DNA of 64,000 nt from Halarcobacter sp. (lineage in GTDB: Bacteria > Campylobacterota > Campylobacteria > Campylobacterales > Arcobacteraceae), in the NCBI GenBank assembly GCA_963676565.1, contig OY781089.1:1056001-1120000 (forward strand), read 5' to 3'. How positions within the stretch are numbered: position 1 is the stretch's first letter; every line of letters starts with the position of its first letter. The notes beneath the pieces are model-generated. The model saw only the letters and a list, made by a program, of their open reading frames with translations, searched no databases and had not been told where the DNA came from. Positions 21,561-34,168 of the stretch are shown here, piece by piece. Both the position numbers and the translations under genes were made by a program.

Positions 21561-22841
21561 TTAAGCTTTTAAAGAATCTAAAATCTCTTTGAAATTTGGA
21601 AACGAAGTTAAAATACAATCAACATCTTCAATCTCCATACCACAGTTTAGTCCAGCAATTGAGAAGCTCATTGCAATTCTGTGGTCACCATGGGAATTGA
21701 TTTTAGCCTTGTTTAAAGACCCCCCAACAATTTCATAGCCATCTTCAAATTCTGTGTATTCAACGCCACATTTTTCTAAATTTGAAACAACAGCTTTAAT
21801 TCTGTCACTCTCTTTTACTCTTAACTCTTCAGCATTTTTTACTAGTGATTTTCCTTTAGCTAAACTCATAGCAACTGAAAGTGCTGGTAACTCATCAATA
21901 AGCCATGAGATATGGTTTTCAACAACAACCCCATTTAACTCTTTGTGTTTAACTTCTATATCACCAATTGGTTCATAGATGTCCTCTTTTTTAATAAAAT
22001 TAACTTCAGCTCCCATTGCCTTTAAAATTTCATAGGCTCCAATTCTAGTTGGATTTAATGTTACATTTTTAATTAATACTCTTGAGTTTGGCGTGATTGC
22101 TGCTGCAACTGCAAAGAAAAATGCAGATGATGGATCAGTTGGAACAGTAATATTAAGTGGTTTAAGATGACCTTCTAAGGGATGAATATTTATATAACCT
22201 TCATCATCAGTTTCAATTTTTGCTCCCATACCTTTTAACATTCTTTCAGTATGATCTCTTGTTAACTCATTCTCTTTATATTTTGAAACTCCAGTTGCTC
22301 TTAATGCAGCCAAAATAAGTGCAGATTTAACTTGGGCAGAATCAACTGGTGACTCATAAACAAAAGGTTTTAACTCTTTTACTCCTCTAATAAATAAAGG
22401 AGCTTTATTCCCATTATCTCTACCATCAATATTTGCTCCAATACTTCTTAAAGGATCAGCAACTCTTTTCATTGGTCGCTCTCTTAAGTATTTGTCACCA
22501 GTTAGTGTAAAAGCACCATCTACTGAAGCTAAAAGACCACAAAAAAGTCTCATGCCTGTTCCTGCATTTCCACAATCAAGTACATCTTTTGGTTCTGTTA
22601 ATTTATCAGCGGGAGTAATCTCTACGTTTGCACCATCTCTTTTAACTTTTGCTCCAAGTTGTTCAACAATACTTAATGAGTTTAGAGTGTCTTCAGCTGT
22701 TAAAAAGTTTTTTATATATGAAGTTTCATTAGAAAAAATAGAAAACATTGCGCATCTGTGTGATATTGATTTATCACTTGCTATTGAGTCAATCTCAATA
22801 TCAAAAGCTTTATCTAATTTTTCAATATTAAAGTTTTCCAT
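21561..22841 (-). CDS. aroA: EPSP synthase
   Basis: [29 protein letters not shown] and DHRIAM motifs. Confidence 0.97.
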   Translation of the reverse strand: MENFNIEKLDKAFDIEIDSIASDKSISHRCAMFSIFSNETSYIKNFLTAEDTLNSLSIVEQLGAKVKRDGANVEITPADKLTEPKDVLDCGNAGTGMRLFCGLLASVDGAFTLTGDKYLRERPMKRVADPLRSIGANIDGRDNGNKAPLFIRGVKELKPFVYESPVDSAQVKSALILAALRATGVSKYKENELTRDHTERMLKGMGAKIETDDEGYINIHPLEGHLKPLNITVPTDPSSAFFFAVAAAITPNSRVLIKNVTLNPTRIGAYEILKAMGAEVNFIKKEDIYEPIGDIEVKHKELNGVVVENHISWLIDELPALSVAMSLAKGKSLVKNAEELRVKESDRIKAVVSNLEKCGVEYTEFEDGYEIVGGSLNKAKINSHGDHRIAMSFSIAGLNCGMEIEDVDCILTSFPNFKEILDSLKA

Positions 22842-22855
22842 TCTTTCCCTTTTTA

Positions 22856-25180
22856 TTAATCTCTTAGTGCTAAACCAAGCTCTTCATTTAATGAATTGAT
22901 AATTTTATTCATTGAACTTGTAATATCTTCTTCCTCTAATGTTTTGTTATGATTTTGAAGAACAAATCTAATTGTTAAACTATCTTTATCACCTAATTTT
23001 TCATCACTATAAATATCTATTAAATTAAATTGTTTAATATTCTCATCATTTATAGAATTTATTACTTTTTTAATCTCTTTGTATTCTAAAGATTTAGGTA
23101 CAACAATACTTAAATCTTTTTTTGAAGCTTGAAATTTAGAATATTTTTCAACTTTCGTTAAATCATTTTTGATTTTATCAAAATCAATTTCTGCTATAAA
23201 AGTATCACTTAGATCATAATCATTCGCAACACTTGGGTGAAGTTTTGAAATAAATCCAACTTTTTCACCATCTATTATTACTGAAGCATTTTGATATGGA
23301 TGGATTAAATCATTTTCAATTTTTTCCATTGGTTCTAAATCAAATTTTCCAATTGTATTTAAAACTTTTTTAGCAAATAAGAAGAAATCAATATTCTCTG
23401 GTTTCCCAGAATTTGAGATTGATTCTAGCTCCTTTTGTCCAGAAAATACAAATGAAATCTTTGTTGATTCAGCTCTTTTTACATCAAATACTTTTCCTAT
23501 TTCAAAAAAAGCCATAGATTTTAAACCAAATTTTATATTGTTTGCACATGCTTCAACAAGGTTAAGTAAAATTGTAGTTCTAAATGTATCTAACTCTTTT
23601 ACAATTGGATTTAAAATATCAAGTTTTTCTTCAACAGTAGGAAGTGAATATTTTTGTAGTTTTTCTTTATCGGCAAATACATAAGTTAAAGTTTCATAAA
23701 AACCATTTGTAATAGCCTTTGCTCTTAAATCATTTTTCTTAATTAAATTAATTGAAGTTTGATTGATTCTATTTACTTCATCAATTGCAAGGGGTTTTGC
23801 TTTGATATTATCAATACCAATAATTCTTACAACCTCTTCAGTAATATCAGCAATATTTTTTATGTCATGTCTATATAAAGGAATTTTTATAGAAAGAACA
23901 TCTTTATCTGTATCTTTTACCTCAAACCCTAATGAACTTAGAATTTTTTCAATTTTTACTTTTTCAATATTTTGACCAATAATTGCATTAATTTTATTAA
24001 TATTTGCATCAATCATTAGCTCTTCTTCTGTATCTAAAGAAAGTTCTCTTCCATTGTAAATTTTTGCACCAAATTTAGAAATAAAAGTACAAAAAATATC
24101 CATCCCCATTTTGATATCTGGTTCACTTCCCCTTGAACTTTTATAGTAAACATCTCCAGTTTTCTTTTTAGTTTCAAATACTTTTTTAGATAAATCTTCA
24201 GGATTTGTATAACTTGCTTCAATTATATACTCACTATCTTTATCTTGATTTATGTCATTATGTAAGATACAAATAGTACTTAGTTTTTCATCCCCTGTAA
24301 CTGTATCAAATCCATCTTCATCTTTATCAAGTGTAATTGTTCCAATAGAGTTTTGAGCTTTTGCATCAGATTTTGCATAAGCATTTAAAATAACACCTGT
24401 TGAGTGTGTTATGTATGTTAATGCATCATCTAAATCTTTTTCTTTAAATTTATCAAGAATTCCAACTCTTAGTCTTTGTAATGCTGGAAGTCTAAAATCT
24501 TTTGTATTAGCTACTGTATAAATAAAAATTGAGTCTAAGTCAGATTTAGTTTGTACTTCTAATACTTGTCCAATACCTAAATTGTTTGTTTCAATTTCGA
24601 TTTCTTGTTCAATTAGTGGGATATTGTAAAATGCTCTTAACTCTCTTGCAACACCATTAATACTTAAACAATCACCTCTATTTGCAGTTAGTTCAATCTC
24701 AATAATGTCATCATTTAAAAGTGGATAATCACTTAATTGTTTACCAATAATTAATTCACCAATTGAATCATCTAGTTCTAAAATTCCATCATTTAATTTT
24801 GCAAGACCAATCTCAGTAGAAGAACAAATCATACCATTTGATTCAACACCTCTAAGTTTTGCTTTTTTGATTTTAAAACCGCCACCTAAATCACAACCAT
24901 TTACAGCTACCGGTACATATTGACCTGCTGCTACATTTTTAGCTCCACATACAATTTGAACTGTCTCTGTTCCAATATCAACTTGGCAGATGTTTAATTT
25001 ATCAGCATCTGGGTGTTTTTCTTTTTCTAAAACTTTTCCAATAACAACATTTTTAGGAATTTTTTGTTCTTCTAAACTATCAACCTCTAATCCAATTGAG
25101 TTTAAAGTTTTGCAAATATCTTCTGTACTTATTGATGAAATATCAATATATTCTTGTAACCATGCTCTAGTAACTATCAT
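22856..25180 (-). CDS. pheT: Phenylalanyl-tRNA synthetase beta subunit
   Basis: HPDADKL, IVCGAKN and NRGDCLS motifs; C-terminal FDX-ACB domain. Confidence 0.97.
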   Translation of the reverse strand: MIVTRAWLQEYIDISSISTEDICKTLNSIGLEVDSLEEQKIPKNVVIGKVLEKEKHPDADKLNICQVDIGTETVQIVCGAKNVAAGQYVPVAVNGCDLGGGFKIKKAKLRGVESNGMICSSTEIGLAKLNDGILELDDSIGELIIGKQLSDYPLLNDDIIEIELTANRGDCLSINGVARELRAFYNIPLIEQEIEIETNNLGIGQVLEVQTKSDLDSIFIYTVANTKDFRLPALQRLRVGILDKFKEKDLDDALTYITHSTGVILNAYAKSDAKAQNSIGTITLDKDEDGFDTVTGDEKLSTICILHNDINQDKDSEYIIEASYTNPEDLSKKVFETKKKTGDVYYKSSRGSEPDIKMGMDIFCTFISKFGAKIYNGRELSLDTEEELMIDANINKINAIIGQNIEKVKIEKILSSLGFEVKDTDKDVLSIKIPLYRHDIKNIADITEEVVRIIGIDNIKAKPLAIDEVNRINQTSINLIKKNDLRAKAITNGFYETLTYVFADKEKLQKYSLPTVEEKLDILNPIVKELDTFRTTILLNLVEACANNIKFGLKSMAFFEIGKVFDVKRAESTKISFVFSGQKELESISNSGKPENIDFFLFAKKVLNTIGKFDLEPMEKIENDLIHPYQNASVIIDGEKVGFISKLHPSVANDYDLSDTFIAEIDFDKIKNDLTKVEKYSKFQASKKDLSIVVPKSLEYKEIKKVINSINDENIKQFNLIDIYSDEKLGDKDSLTIRFVLQNHNKTLEEEDITSSMNKIINSLNEELGLALRD

Positions 25181-26169
25181 TTAAACTGTCCTAATAATCT
25201 TATGTCGCTTTCAAATAGAGATCTTAAATCTCCAATATTATGAATAAGCATTGCGAATCTTTCAACACCTAAACCAAATGCATATCCTGATTTATTCTCA
25301 TAACCTACTGCTTTAAATACATTTTGATCAACTACTCCACAACCAAGAACCTCTAGCCATCCTGTGTGTGAACATACTCTACATCCATCACCTTTACAAA
25401 ATACACATGAGATATCAACTTCAGCTGATGGCTCTGTAAATGGGAAGAATGAAGGTCTAAATCTAACATCAACATCACCAAACATATGGTGTAAGAACTC
25501 TACTAGTACGTGTTTTAAATTAGCAAATGAGATTTTATCTGCTTCATCAACAACTAATGCTTCAATCTGATGAAACATTGGTGTATGAGTTAAATCAAAG
25601 TCTCTTCTAAACACAGTACCTGGTGCAATCATTCTAATTGGAGTAGGTTGGTTTAACATAGTTCTTATTTGTGTAGGAGAAGTATGTGTTCTTAAAAGTG
25701 TATAGTCTTTGTTGTAAAATGTATCTTGCATATCTCTTGCTGGGTGGTACTTAGGTAAATTTAATGCCTCAAAGTTATGGAAATCATCTTCAACTAATGG
25801 ACCTTCTTCTACTGCAAAATTTAAATTTTGGAAATATTCTATAATTCTGTCCATTGTTAATGCTATAGGATGAACTGCACCACATGAAAGCTCATTATTG
25901 AATTTTGTTACATCAATTTTATCAGCTTTTAATTTAGCTTCAAGTGCTTCTTTTTCTAAAACAATTTTTTTTGCTTCTAATGCTTCTGTGATTTGCGCTT
26001 TTTGTTTATTTAAGTTTGCTGCAAATTCTTTTTTTTCAGGACCTGGAATATCCTTCATTTTTGCAAACTGTGCAGTAATAACACCTTTTTTACCTAAAGT
26101 CTCAACTCTCAAGTTTTCTAGTACTTCAAGTGATTCGGCACTATTGATTTTTTCTAGCCATTGCGTCAC
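25177..26169 (-). CDS. pheS: Phenylalanyl-tRNA synthetase alpha subunit (GTG start at 26169)
   Basis: [16 protein letters not shown] and FPFTEPS motifs; SD ggag 7 nt before the GTG. Confidence 0.96.
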   Translation of the reverse strand: MTQWLEKINSAESLEVLENLRVETLGKKGVITAQFAKMKDIPGPEKKEFAANLNKQKAQITEALEAKKIVLEKEALEAKLKADKIDVTKFNNELSCGAVHPIALTMDRIIEYFQNLNFAVEEGPLVEDDFHNFEALNLPKYHPARDMQDTFYNKDYTLLRTHTSPTQIRTMLNQPTPIRMIAPGTVFRRDFDLTHTPMFHQIEALVVDEADKISFANLKHVLVEFLHHMFGDVDVRFRPSFFPFTEPSAEVDISCVFCKGDGCRVCSHTGWLEVLGCGVVDQNVFKAVGYENKSGYAFGLGVERFAMLIHNIGDLRSLFESDIRLLGQFK

Positions 26170-26276
26170 TTTTGTTCTCCTGCTATATTGTGTGTATCTA
26201 TAATTTTCAGGGATTATACTCAAAAATTTATTAGAGATTGGTTATAATATTTTTTAAACTATTTAAAGGGAAATCT

Positions 26277-26606
26277 ATGTGTATTTTTTGCAAAATTGTA
26301 AATGGTGAAATACCGAACCAAACAGTACTTGAAGATGAAAATTTTTTGGCATTTAATGATATTAATCCAGCTAGAAAAATCCATGTCTTAGTTATTCCAA
26401 AAGAGCATTATGATTCATTTGATGTTGTGCCACCAAAGATTATGGCAGATATGACTGAGTTTATTCAAAAAACAGTTTCTAAATTAGGTATTAGAGAATC
26501 AGGTTACAGATTAATTACAAATATTGGAAGTGATGGAGGACAAGAGGTTCCACACTTACATTTTCATATTATTGGTGGTGAACCAGCTGGAAAATTAGTT
26601 AGATAG
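26277..26606 (+). CDS. Histidine triad (HIT) nucleotide-binding protein
   Basis: CIFCKI start and QEVPHLHFHI motif; SD aaggga. Confidence 0.95.
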   Translation: MCIFCKIVNGEIPNQTVLEDENFLAFNDINPARKIHVLVIPKEHYDSFDVVPPKIMADMTEFIQKTVSKLGIRESGYRLITNIGSDGGQEVPHLHFHIIGGEPAGKLVR

Positions 26607-26627
26607 GAGTTTAATAAACTCTTATCT
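26601..26627. terminator. Hairpin between convergent hit and accA
   Basis: agataggagttt-aat-aaactcttatct. Confidence 0.6.
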
Positions 26628-27562
26628 TAACTTTCAAATCTTCCTAAGTTCATAAGTTTTTCATATTTTAATTGAAGTCTTTGTGCTGGAGTTAATTTTT
26701 TTAATTCTTCCAAAGTAGAGATGAAATAATCACCTAAAGCTTTAATCGCCTCATCTTTTTGTCTATGGGCACCAATTAAAGGTTCATTTACTACATCATC
26801 AACTAATTCTAATTCTTTTAGGTTTTCAGCTGTAATTTTTAATGCATTCGCTGCAGTTTCAACTTTTGCTGGGTCATTCCATAAAATTGCACTACAACCT
26901 TCAGGAGATATAACTGCATATACAGAATATCTCATCATAGCTAATTTATCAGCAATAGAAATTGCTAAAGCTCCACCTGAACCACCTTCTCCAATTACAA
27001 CAGATACAGTAGGAACTGTTAAATCAGAAAATTCATATAGATTTTTTGCAATAGCTTCTGATTGATTTCTTTCTTCAGCTCCAATTCCAGGATATGCACC
27101 TGGAGTGTCCACTAACATTAAAATCGGAATACCAAATTTTTCAGCTAGATTAGCAGCTCTTAGAGCTTTTCTATATCCTTCTGGACTTGGCATACCAAAG
27201 TTTCTTTTGATTTTTCCCTTTGTTCCTCGTCCTTTTTGCTCACCAATAACCATAACTTTTTCATTACCAATATATCCTAAATAACAAACAATTGCATGGT
27301 CATCAACATAATGTCTATCACCATGAATCTCATAGGCATTTGTCATTAATCCATTGATATAATCCATTGCATATGGTCTATCTGGATGTCTTGCTAATTG
27401 AAGTTTTTGATAATCACTTAAATTCTTAAAAGTTTTTTCAACTTCTTTTTCCAATTTTTTTTCTAAAATCTCTACAGCATGATCATCATTTTTAGTTTTT
27501 GCAACTATAATATCTTCTTCTATTTTTTTTATTTTGTCTTCAAAATCTAAATAAGTTGCCAA
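26627..27562 (-). CDS. accA: Acetyl-CoA carboxylase carboxyltransferase alpha subunit
   Basis: [15 protein letters not shown] and [10 protein letters not shown] motifs. Confidence 0.97.
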   Translation of the reverse strand: MATYLDFEDKIKKIEEDIIVAKTKNDDHAVEILEKKLEKEVEKTFKNLSDYQKLQLARHPDRPYAMDYINGLMTNAYEIHGDRHYVDDHAIVCYLGYIGNEKVMVIGEQKGRGTKGKIKRNFGMPSPEGYRKALRAANLAEKFGIPILMLVDTPGAYPGIGAEERNQSEAIAKNLYEFSDLTVPTVSVVIGEGGSGGALAISIADKLAMMRYSVYAVISPEGCSAILWNDPAKVETAANALKITAENLKELELVDDVVNEPLIGAHRQKDEAIKALGDYFISTLEELKKLTPAQRLQLKYEKLMNLGRFES

Positions 27563-27579
27563 AATTCTGTCCCTTAAAA

Positions 27580-28836
27580 TTACTTAATTTTCTTAAAAAT
27601 TACTGATGCGTTTGTTCCACCAAAACCAAAGTTATTACTCATAACTATATCTAAATTACTTTTTCTTGCATTATCTGGAACATAATCTAAAGTACATTCT
27701 TCATCTTGATTTTGAATATTAATTGTTGGAGGAATAATTCCATCATTTAGTGCTTTAATTGCAAAAATTGCTTCAATTGCACCTGCTGCACCTAAGCAGT
27801 GACCAATTTGTCCTTTAGTTGAAGTAACAGGAGGAGCATTTTCAGCACCTTCAAATAATTCAACAATTGCTTTTGATTCATTTACATCTCCAACTGGAGT
27901 TGACGTACCATGAGTATTAATATAATCAATTTTAATTTTTTCACCAGTTGTTGCTTCTGCCATAGTAAGTGCAGCTTTCATTGCTCTTAATGGACCATCC
28001 ATTACAGGAGCAGTAATATGGTTTGCATCTGCAGATTCACCAAATCCTATAACTTCACAATAGATTTTTGCACCCCTTGCAACAGCAGCATCATACTCTT
28101 CAAGAACTAGTGCTCCAGCACCTTCACCCATAACAAAACCATCTCTATCTTTATCAAATGGTCTTGAAGCTGTTTTTGGATCATCATTTCTTGTTGATAA
28201 TGCTTTCATAGATGCAAATCCACCTACACCCGCACCACAAATAGCACTTTCTGCACCAACAACTAAAATTTTGTCAGCACCATTAATTTTAATCGTTTTT
28301 ACTGCATCATTAAGTGCATGTGTTGAAGCTGCACAAGCTGTAACATGTGATAAAGAAGGACCTTTTAAGTTATGCTCAATTGAAATAAATCCACCTAACA
28401 TATTAACTAATGAAGATGGAATAAAGAATGGAGAGATTCTTTTTGGACCTCTATTTGCACATACAACAGAGTTTTTTTCAATTGTAGATAATCCACCTAT
28501 ACCTGAAGCTGAGATAAGACCAAATCTATCAGCTATAGAATCATCAACTTTTTTATTTTCAGCATTTACAAATCCAGAATCAATCATAGCCTCTAAAGCA
28601 GCTTTAATTCCTAATTGAATAAATCTATCAGCTTTTTTTACCTCTTTTTTGTCCATTACAGTTGTAGGATCAAAATCTTTTACCTCTCCTGCAATTTGTA
28701 CAGGATACTCACTTGCATCAAAAAGTGTGATTTTATCAATACCACAAACTCCATCAACAACCGCTTTAAACGATTCTTCTACACTATGACCTACAGAATT
28801 AATTGTTCCTAAACCAGTTATAACAACTCTTCTCAT
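27580..28836 (-). CDS. fabF: 3-oxoacyl-ACP synthase II
   Basis: [19 protein letters not shown] and NFGFGG motifs. Confidence 0.96.
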   Translation of the reverse strand: MRRVVITGLGTINSVGHSVEESFKAVVDGVCGIDKITLFDASEYPVQIAGEVKDFDPTTVMDKKEVKKADRFIQLGIKAALEAMIDSGFVNAENKKVDDSIADRFGLISASGIGGLSTIEKNSVVCANRGPKRISPFFIPSSLVNMLGGFISIEHNLKGPSLSHVTACAASTHALNDAVKTIKINGADKILVVGAESAICGAGVGGFASMKALSTRNDDPKTASRPFDKDRDGFVMGEGAGALVLEEYDAAVARGAKIYCEVIGFGESADANHITAPVMDGPLRAMKAALTMAEATTGEKIKIDYINTHGTSTPVGDVNESKAIVELFEGAENAPPVTSTKGQIGHCLGAAGAIEAIFAIKALNDGIIPPTINIQNQDEECTLDYVPDNARKSNLDIVMSNNFGFGGTNASVIFKKIK

Positions 28837-28911
28837 TAAACATGCTCCACATCAAATATTTTTATAATTCAATCTTTTAAGAAAAACTCAATAATAGAAA
28901 TAAAAAGCGAG

Positions 28912-28937
28912 AAAAAAAGCCAGTAAAACTACTGGCC
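28912..28937 (-). terminator. Intrinsic terminator after acpP
   Basis: gccagta/tactggc stem followed by U7 on the minus strand. Confidence 0.8.
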
Positions 28938-28963
28938 TTCACATAATTTACAAAGCTTATAAA

Positions 28964-29194
28964 TTACGCGTTATCTTCGATGTATTTAATAGCGTCAGCT
29001 ACTGTTAAAATACCTTCAGCATCTTCATCAGGGATTTCGATATCGAATTTTTCTTCTAACGCCATAACTAATTCTACAACGTCAAGTGAATCTGCACCTA
29101 AATCCTCAATAAATTTAGAATCCTCTTTAACTTCAGCTGGATCGCAATCTAATTGTTCAACAACAACTTCTTTTACATCATCTAATAATGCCAT
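28964..29194 (-). CDS. acpP: Acyl carrier protein
   Basis: [12 protein letters not shown] phosphopantetheine site. Confidence 0.97.
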   Translation of the reverse strand: MALLDDVKEVVVEQLDCDPAEVKEDSKFIEDLGADSLDVVELVMALEEKFDIEIPDEDAEGILTVADAIKYIEDNA

Positions 29195-29256
29195 ACTCAT
29201 TTCCTTTTATAAATTTATCGCCAAATTATACCACAAAAAAATTTAATTAATCTTTC

Positions 29257-30000
29257 TTATACGTATAACCCACCATTTACTTTTAATATTTCACCCGTAA
29301 TGTACGAAGAATGGTCACTTAAAAGAAACGCAACTGCATCTGCAATTTCTTTAGGTTGTCCAAATCTACTTAATGGAATATTTTTTTCATATTCTGCTTT
29401 AACTTCATCTTTTAATTCATCAGTCATATCTGTTTGAATAAATCCTGGAGTTACAGCATTATATCTAATTCCTCTAGCTGCCGCTTCTTTAGCAAAAGAT
29501 TTAGTCATAGCATTTAATCCACCTTTTGATGCAGAATAGTTAGTTTGACCAGGATTTCCCATCTCTCCAACAATAGAAGAGATATTTACAATAGATCCAA
29601 ATTTCTTTTTACCCATAGCTTTTAAAGCACCTTTACATCCGATAAATGCAGATGTTAAGTTTGCCGCAATTACATCATTAAAGTCTTCTACTGACATTCT
29701 TAATGCTAATTTATCCTTAGTAATACCAGCATTATTTACTAAATAAGATAGTTGTCCATCTGCATCAACTATTGTTTTAATTGCAGCAGTGAATTCATCT
29801 TCTTTAGTTACATCTGCTTTTACAATTGCAGCTTGTCCACCATCAGCTTCAATCTCTTCTTTGATTTTCTCAGCAGCTTCGGCACCACTTCTATAGTTAA
29901 TCCATACTTTTAAACCATAACTTGCTAAAGTTTTTGCAATTTGTGCGCCAATTCCCCTTGATGCACCAGTAACAAGTACATTTGTTCCTGTAAAATTCAT
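29257..30000 (-). CDS. fabG: 3-oxoacyl-ACP reductase
   Basis: TGASRGIG, NNAGIT and YSASK motifs. Confidence 0.96.
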   Translation of the reverse strand: MNFTGTNVLVTGASRGIGAQIAKTLASYGLKVWINYRSGAEAAEKIKEEIEADGGQAAIVKADVTKEDEFTAAIKTIVDADGQLSYLVNNAGITKDKLALRMSVEDFNDVIAANLTSAFIGCKGALKAMGKKKFGSIVNISSIVGEMGNPGQTNYSASKGGLNAMTKSFAKEAAARGIRYNAVTPGFIQTDMTDELKDEVKAEYEKNIPLSRFGQPKEIADAVAFLLSDHSSYITGEILKVNGGLYV

Positions 30001-30040
30001 ACTTTATTTCCTTTTAAAAATTTGATTTTGCACATTATAT

Positions 30041-30790
30041 CTAAACGCCTCTTTTATTGTCCCAAACTCTTATATGAAGCCTATCACAATATTTAAAACC
30101 ATTTTCAATTGCCATATCAATTACAGTTTCGCAATTTGAATTTATCTCATCAGCAGTATCTCCCATTGGCATTAAATATGTATCTATTTTAGGAATTTGT
30201 GATAATATAGAATTTATTTCTTTAGTTGCTTGTTCTTTAAAATCTTTATCAATAACAAATTTTAAATAGGAGTCTTTTGTTTTATTAATAATTGATGTTA
30301 AAGTATCAATATTAACTCTTTTTTTCAATGGCTCCAAAGAGTTAGATAGTTTTACACTCATTGAAAAAAGTATTTTTTTTTGATAATCTTGGGTGAAGTT
30401 TATATTTAATGAGGCATTTGTTTCAATTGTAACTTTGTAATTGTTTTCTACATAATATTTTAACAAAGATTGGAATTCTTCATTTTGCCAATAAAGTAGG
30501 GGTTCTCCCCCAGTTATTACGATATCAACATTATAATTTGGTTTTAATTCTTCAACTTTTTTTATAATATCTTGGCAAGACATTTTATGCCATTGCTCTT
30601 TAAAAGCTGTATCAACTGCATAATATGAGTCACATGAACATTTTTTAATACCACTTGGAGTCTCATATTCAACATTAAAACCAACACATTTCATATTACA
30701 TTTCCCAACTCTAATAAAAATTGAAGGTGTTCCTATTAATTTACCTTCACCTTGTATGGTTGGTCCAAAGATTTCATTTATCTCAAGCAT
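30041..30790 (-). CDS. queE: 7-carboxy-7-deazaguanine synthase (radical SAM)
   Basis: TIQGEG...FIR, Cys motif, ITGGEP, IETN and RLH; near queCD. Confidence 0.92.
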   Translation of the reverse strand: MLEINEIFGPTIQGEGKLIGTPSIFIRVGKCNMKCVGFNVEYETPSGIKKCSCDSYYAVDTAFKEQWHKMSCQDIIKKVEELKPNYNVDIVITGGEPLLYWQNEEFQSLLKYYVENNYKVTIETNASLNINFTQDYQKKILFSMSVKLSNSLEPLKKRVNIDTLTSIINKTKDSYLKFVIDKDFKEQATKEINSILSQIPKIDTYLMPMGDTADEINSNCETVIDMAIENGFKYCDRLHIRVWDNKRGV

Positions 30791-30848
30791 TAAATTGTAT
30801 CTCTTTTTTATTTTTTCGCAATACTACCATTTTAAACTTAGTAGATTT

Positions 30849-33559
30849 TTATTCATCACAAGATGTAATTTTATCTTTTCCAGTTTTTTTAGATTTGTAT
30901 AAGAGTTTATCTACTCTTTTATAAATAGTTTCAGCACTATCATTTTTAAGTACTTGTACAAGTCCCCCACTAATAGTTATAGGAGTTTTATCATCCACTT
31001 TTAGATTTTTTCTTAGTAATTGAAGTATTTTATATGAAACTATTTTTGCTGTTTCAAGTTCTGTATTTGGAAGTAAAATTGCAAACTCTTCTCCACCCAT
31101 TCTATATAGTTCATCATTAACTCTAATATGCTCTTTAACTATTTCACAAAAGTTTATTAATACTTCATCTCCCTTATGGTGTCCAAAAGTGTCGTTTATT
31201 CTTTTAAAGTCATCTAAATCAACATAAATTATTGAAAAGTAAATATTATACCTTGTGTATTCATTTAAAAGTTCATCTATTTTTTCATTATAAGCAGTCC
31301 TGTTGTAAGCTTTTGTTAAAGAATCTCTTAATGCTTGTTCTCTTATCTCTTTGGTTTGCTCTTTTACTTTTTGTTCAAGGGTCTCATTTAATTCTTTTAA
31401 TTGTATCTCTTGTTTCTTCTTTTGGGATATATCAATTATCATTCCAATAAATTCAAAATTATCCAATTCGTTAGAGTAGCTGTTCTCAAGTGCATTTGCA
31501 GAAAAATCAACAATTATATTTGTTTTATCTTTTTTTATTAAAACCAATTCCCCACTAAATGTTCTTTTTTCTTTTATTTGTTTAAAAAGTTTTAATTCTA
31601 GTAATTTGTCTTTTTTGTAAATTGTTCTAATATTTTTACCAATGATTTCATCTCTTTCAAATCCTAACATTTCACTAAACTTTTCATTTGCCCATAAAAA
31701 ACTATTGTTTTTTATATGAAAAATCCCAGCGGTTTTTAATTGAATAAGTGCAGAATTTTCAGCATTTAATTTACTATTTAACTTTTCTTGCAATTTTAAT
31801 TTTTCAATTTTTGTTAGGTGATACTTATATAAAGTGATAATTAAAATAAAAATCATAAACCAAAGAAGATATATTAATTGGGTATTGTTCTTTTCAACTT
31901 TATACTCTTTTAAAATATATCTTTGTCTAATTTGATTGAAATTTTTGTTTTTCTCAAGGTAGATAATTGTTTTATCCAAAATATTTCTAAATAAGCTTAA
32001 GTCTTTTTTTACAGCTAATCCACCATTGATTTTTGCATTTGTTAAAATTTCATTTACTTTAAATTTATCAAAACCATATTTCTGAATTATTCTTTCAGCA
32101 TAAACTCCTAAAGATAACAATGATGAATGTTCATCTTTTGAAATAATATCCATAATCTTATCAATATCTTTTTCTACTACAATATTTAATTCAGGATAAA
32201 AACTATTAATAATTTTTTTGTGAACCTCAAAAAGTACATAAAAAACTCTATCTCTTGGTATTTTGTCAAGTATATTTATAACAGGTACTTTTATTGATGA
32301 AATAATCCAAAAGTCATCCCATAAGAATGGTGTTGTAACTTCATAATTTTTAAATCTTTTCGATTTTGGTGATACCGATGAAATTAAATCACATTCACCT
32401 TTTTTGGCTCTTTCATTTAATTGTGAATTTGATGTTGAGGCAATAGCTTTAAAGTTTATATTTAGCAAATTGGAAACATTATCTAAATACTCACCCATGA
32501 TACCTATAACTTTTTCTGATTTTACACCATCAAAGGGGTAAAAATTGTATTGAGCACATATTGTGAAATCGGTATTTTGAGATAAAAAAAGTTGTTCTTT
32601 CTTGTTTAAATTTATATATGGGTTTATTTTATGTTCATAAATAAAGTTATCAAGTTTTTTAAAGTTTAACTTATCCTCAAATCTTAATGCAAAATTTGAT
32701 GCAATTTGTCTTAATTTTAAAGGTTCTATTTTTCCAAAATCTTTTAAATCTCCTACTGCTAATTCTTTTAAACTTTTTGCTTCATAAAGTAAAGATTCTT
32801 TGCTTTTATTTTGGGTATTGTATTTTTTTAATATTATATTAACTGTTTCTTCAATATTTTCAAAGGCATAGATCCATCCTTTTATTGAAGCATTATAAAA
32901 GTTTTCCACTATTTCAGGGTTTTCTTTTATTAGTTTATTACTTGTAAAAACCATATCACCATAAAAATCTATTCCCCAATCTTTTGGATTTATAATTAAA
33001 GGTTCGAAACCTTTTTCTTTTAACAAATAAGGCTCATTTGAAATATATCCACTTATTAAGTCAGTTTTATTATTAACTAAATCATCTATACTAAAGGTTG
33101 GATTTTTTTTAATAAAATTTACCCCTGAATTTATGAGCAAATTTTGTATTGCTATATTTGCAATAGAATAATTTGGAATTTCAATAATTTTGTTTTCCAA
33201 TTTATTGGGGTGGTCAAGTTGATTTTTTTTAATCCAACTAAAGCTAAAGGGGAGTGTTGAAATACTGAGAATAAAGCAGTTATCTCTTTACCATTCATTT
33301 TTTCAAAAATGATAGATGAATCACCAACACCAAAAGTATATTTATTGTTTAATACTGATTCAATAGGTCTTTGTTCTTTTAATTCATTAATTTTTACATT
33401 TAGATTAAACTCATCATAAAAACCCTTTTCCTTTGCCATATAAAATCCAGCAAATTGAAATTGATGTTTCCATTTAAGTTGGAGTGAGACATTATTCTTT
33501 CCATATAATAAATTAAATGGAGAAAAAAGAAAAATAAAAGCAAGGAAAAGTAATCTCAT
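30849..33559 (-). pseudogene. Sensor diguanylate cyclase (NMT1/THI5-like binding domain, PBP domain, TM, PAS, GGDEF) split by a 1-nt frameshift at 33223-33230
   Basis: ORF 33152..33559 gives the signal peptide and LQLKWKHQFQFAGFYMA; ORF 30849..33200 gives the rest including GGEEF. One extra A in the A8 run joins them. Confidence 0.8.
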
Positions 33560-33632
33560 AATCAGTCCTTGTTACGATTTTTAATTATAGCACAAGAGTT
33601 GAGAATTCAATCTAAAATATTATCTTTTAATC

Positions 33633-34166
33633 TTATGCAAATACATGACTCTTACTTTTTGGAGTTTCTGCAAATTCTACACTCGCTACTTTTATACCTA
33701 TTTTAGACATCTTCTTTTGAGCAATTGTTAAAAACCAAGCAGATAAATTTTCACTTGTTGGTACAAAATCAACTAATATATAACCTTCATACATCTCAAT
33801 TATATGTTTTGGTTCCTCTTTTATTTTTGTTAAATCAGGAATATAATATCCCTCATCAAACTTAATTAATTCATCTTTTTTGTAATGAGGTAAAAGTGTT
33901 TCAAATAAGGGGTCATTTAAATCGAGTATAAATTTATGATCTAAAGTATCATCTAAAAACACTTTAAACCAGTTTAGATGTTTAAAATCTGTAACCATCC
34001 CATTTTCTAATTGAGATGATTCAAGATAAATTACAATTTTCCCTTGATGTCCATGAAGGTGTCTACACTTTAGACATGGGTCCAATGAATATTCTGGGTT
34101 CAATTCTTGAGACCAAACTCTATGACCATAACAAAAGTCAAATGATTTAGAAATTTTCCAAGTCAA
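33633..34166 (-). CDS. queD: 6-carboxytetrahydropterin synthase
   Basis: FCYGHRV, CRHLHGH, LDH and PTSEN motifs. Confidence 0.92.
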   Translation of the reverse strand: MTWKISKSFDFCYGHRVWSQELNPEYSLDPCLKCRHLHGHQGKIVIYLESSQLENGMVTDFKHLNWFKVFLDDTLDHKFILDLNDPLFETLLPHYKKDELIKFDEGYYIPDLTKIKEEPKHIIEMYEGYILVDFVPTSENLSAWFLTIAQKKMSKIGIKVASVEFAETPKSKSHVFA

Positions 34167-34168
34167 AA

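Noticed and set aside
26170..26276. Longer starts called for pheS (26223) and hit (26238)
   Set aside because: SD positions favour GTG 26169 and ATG 26277; the extensions cover promoter DNA.
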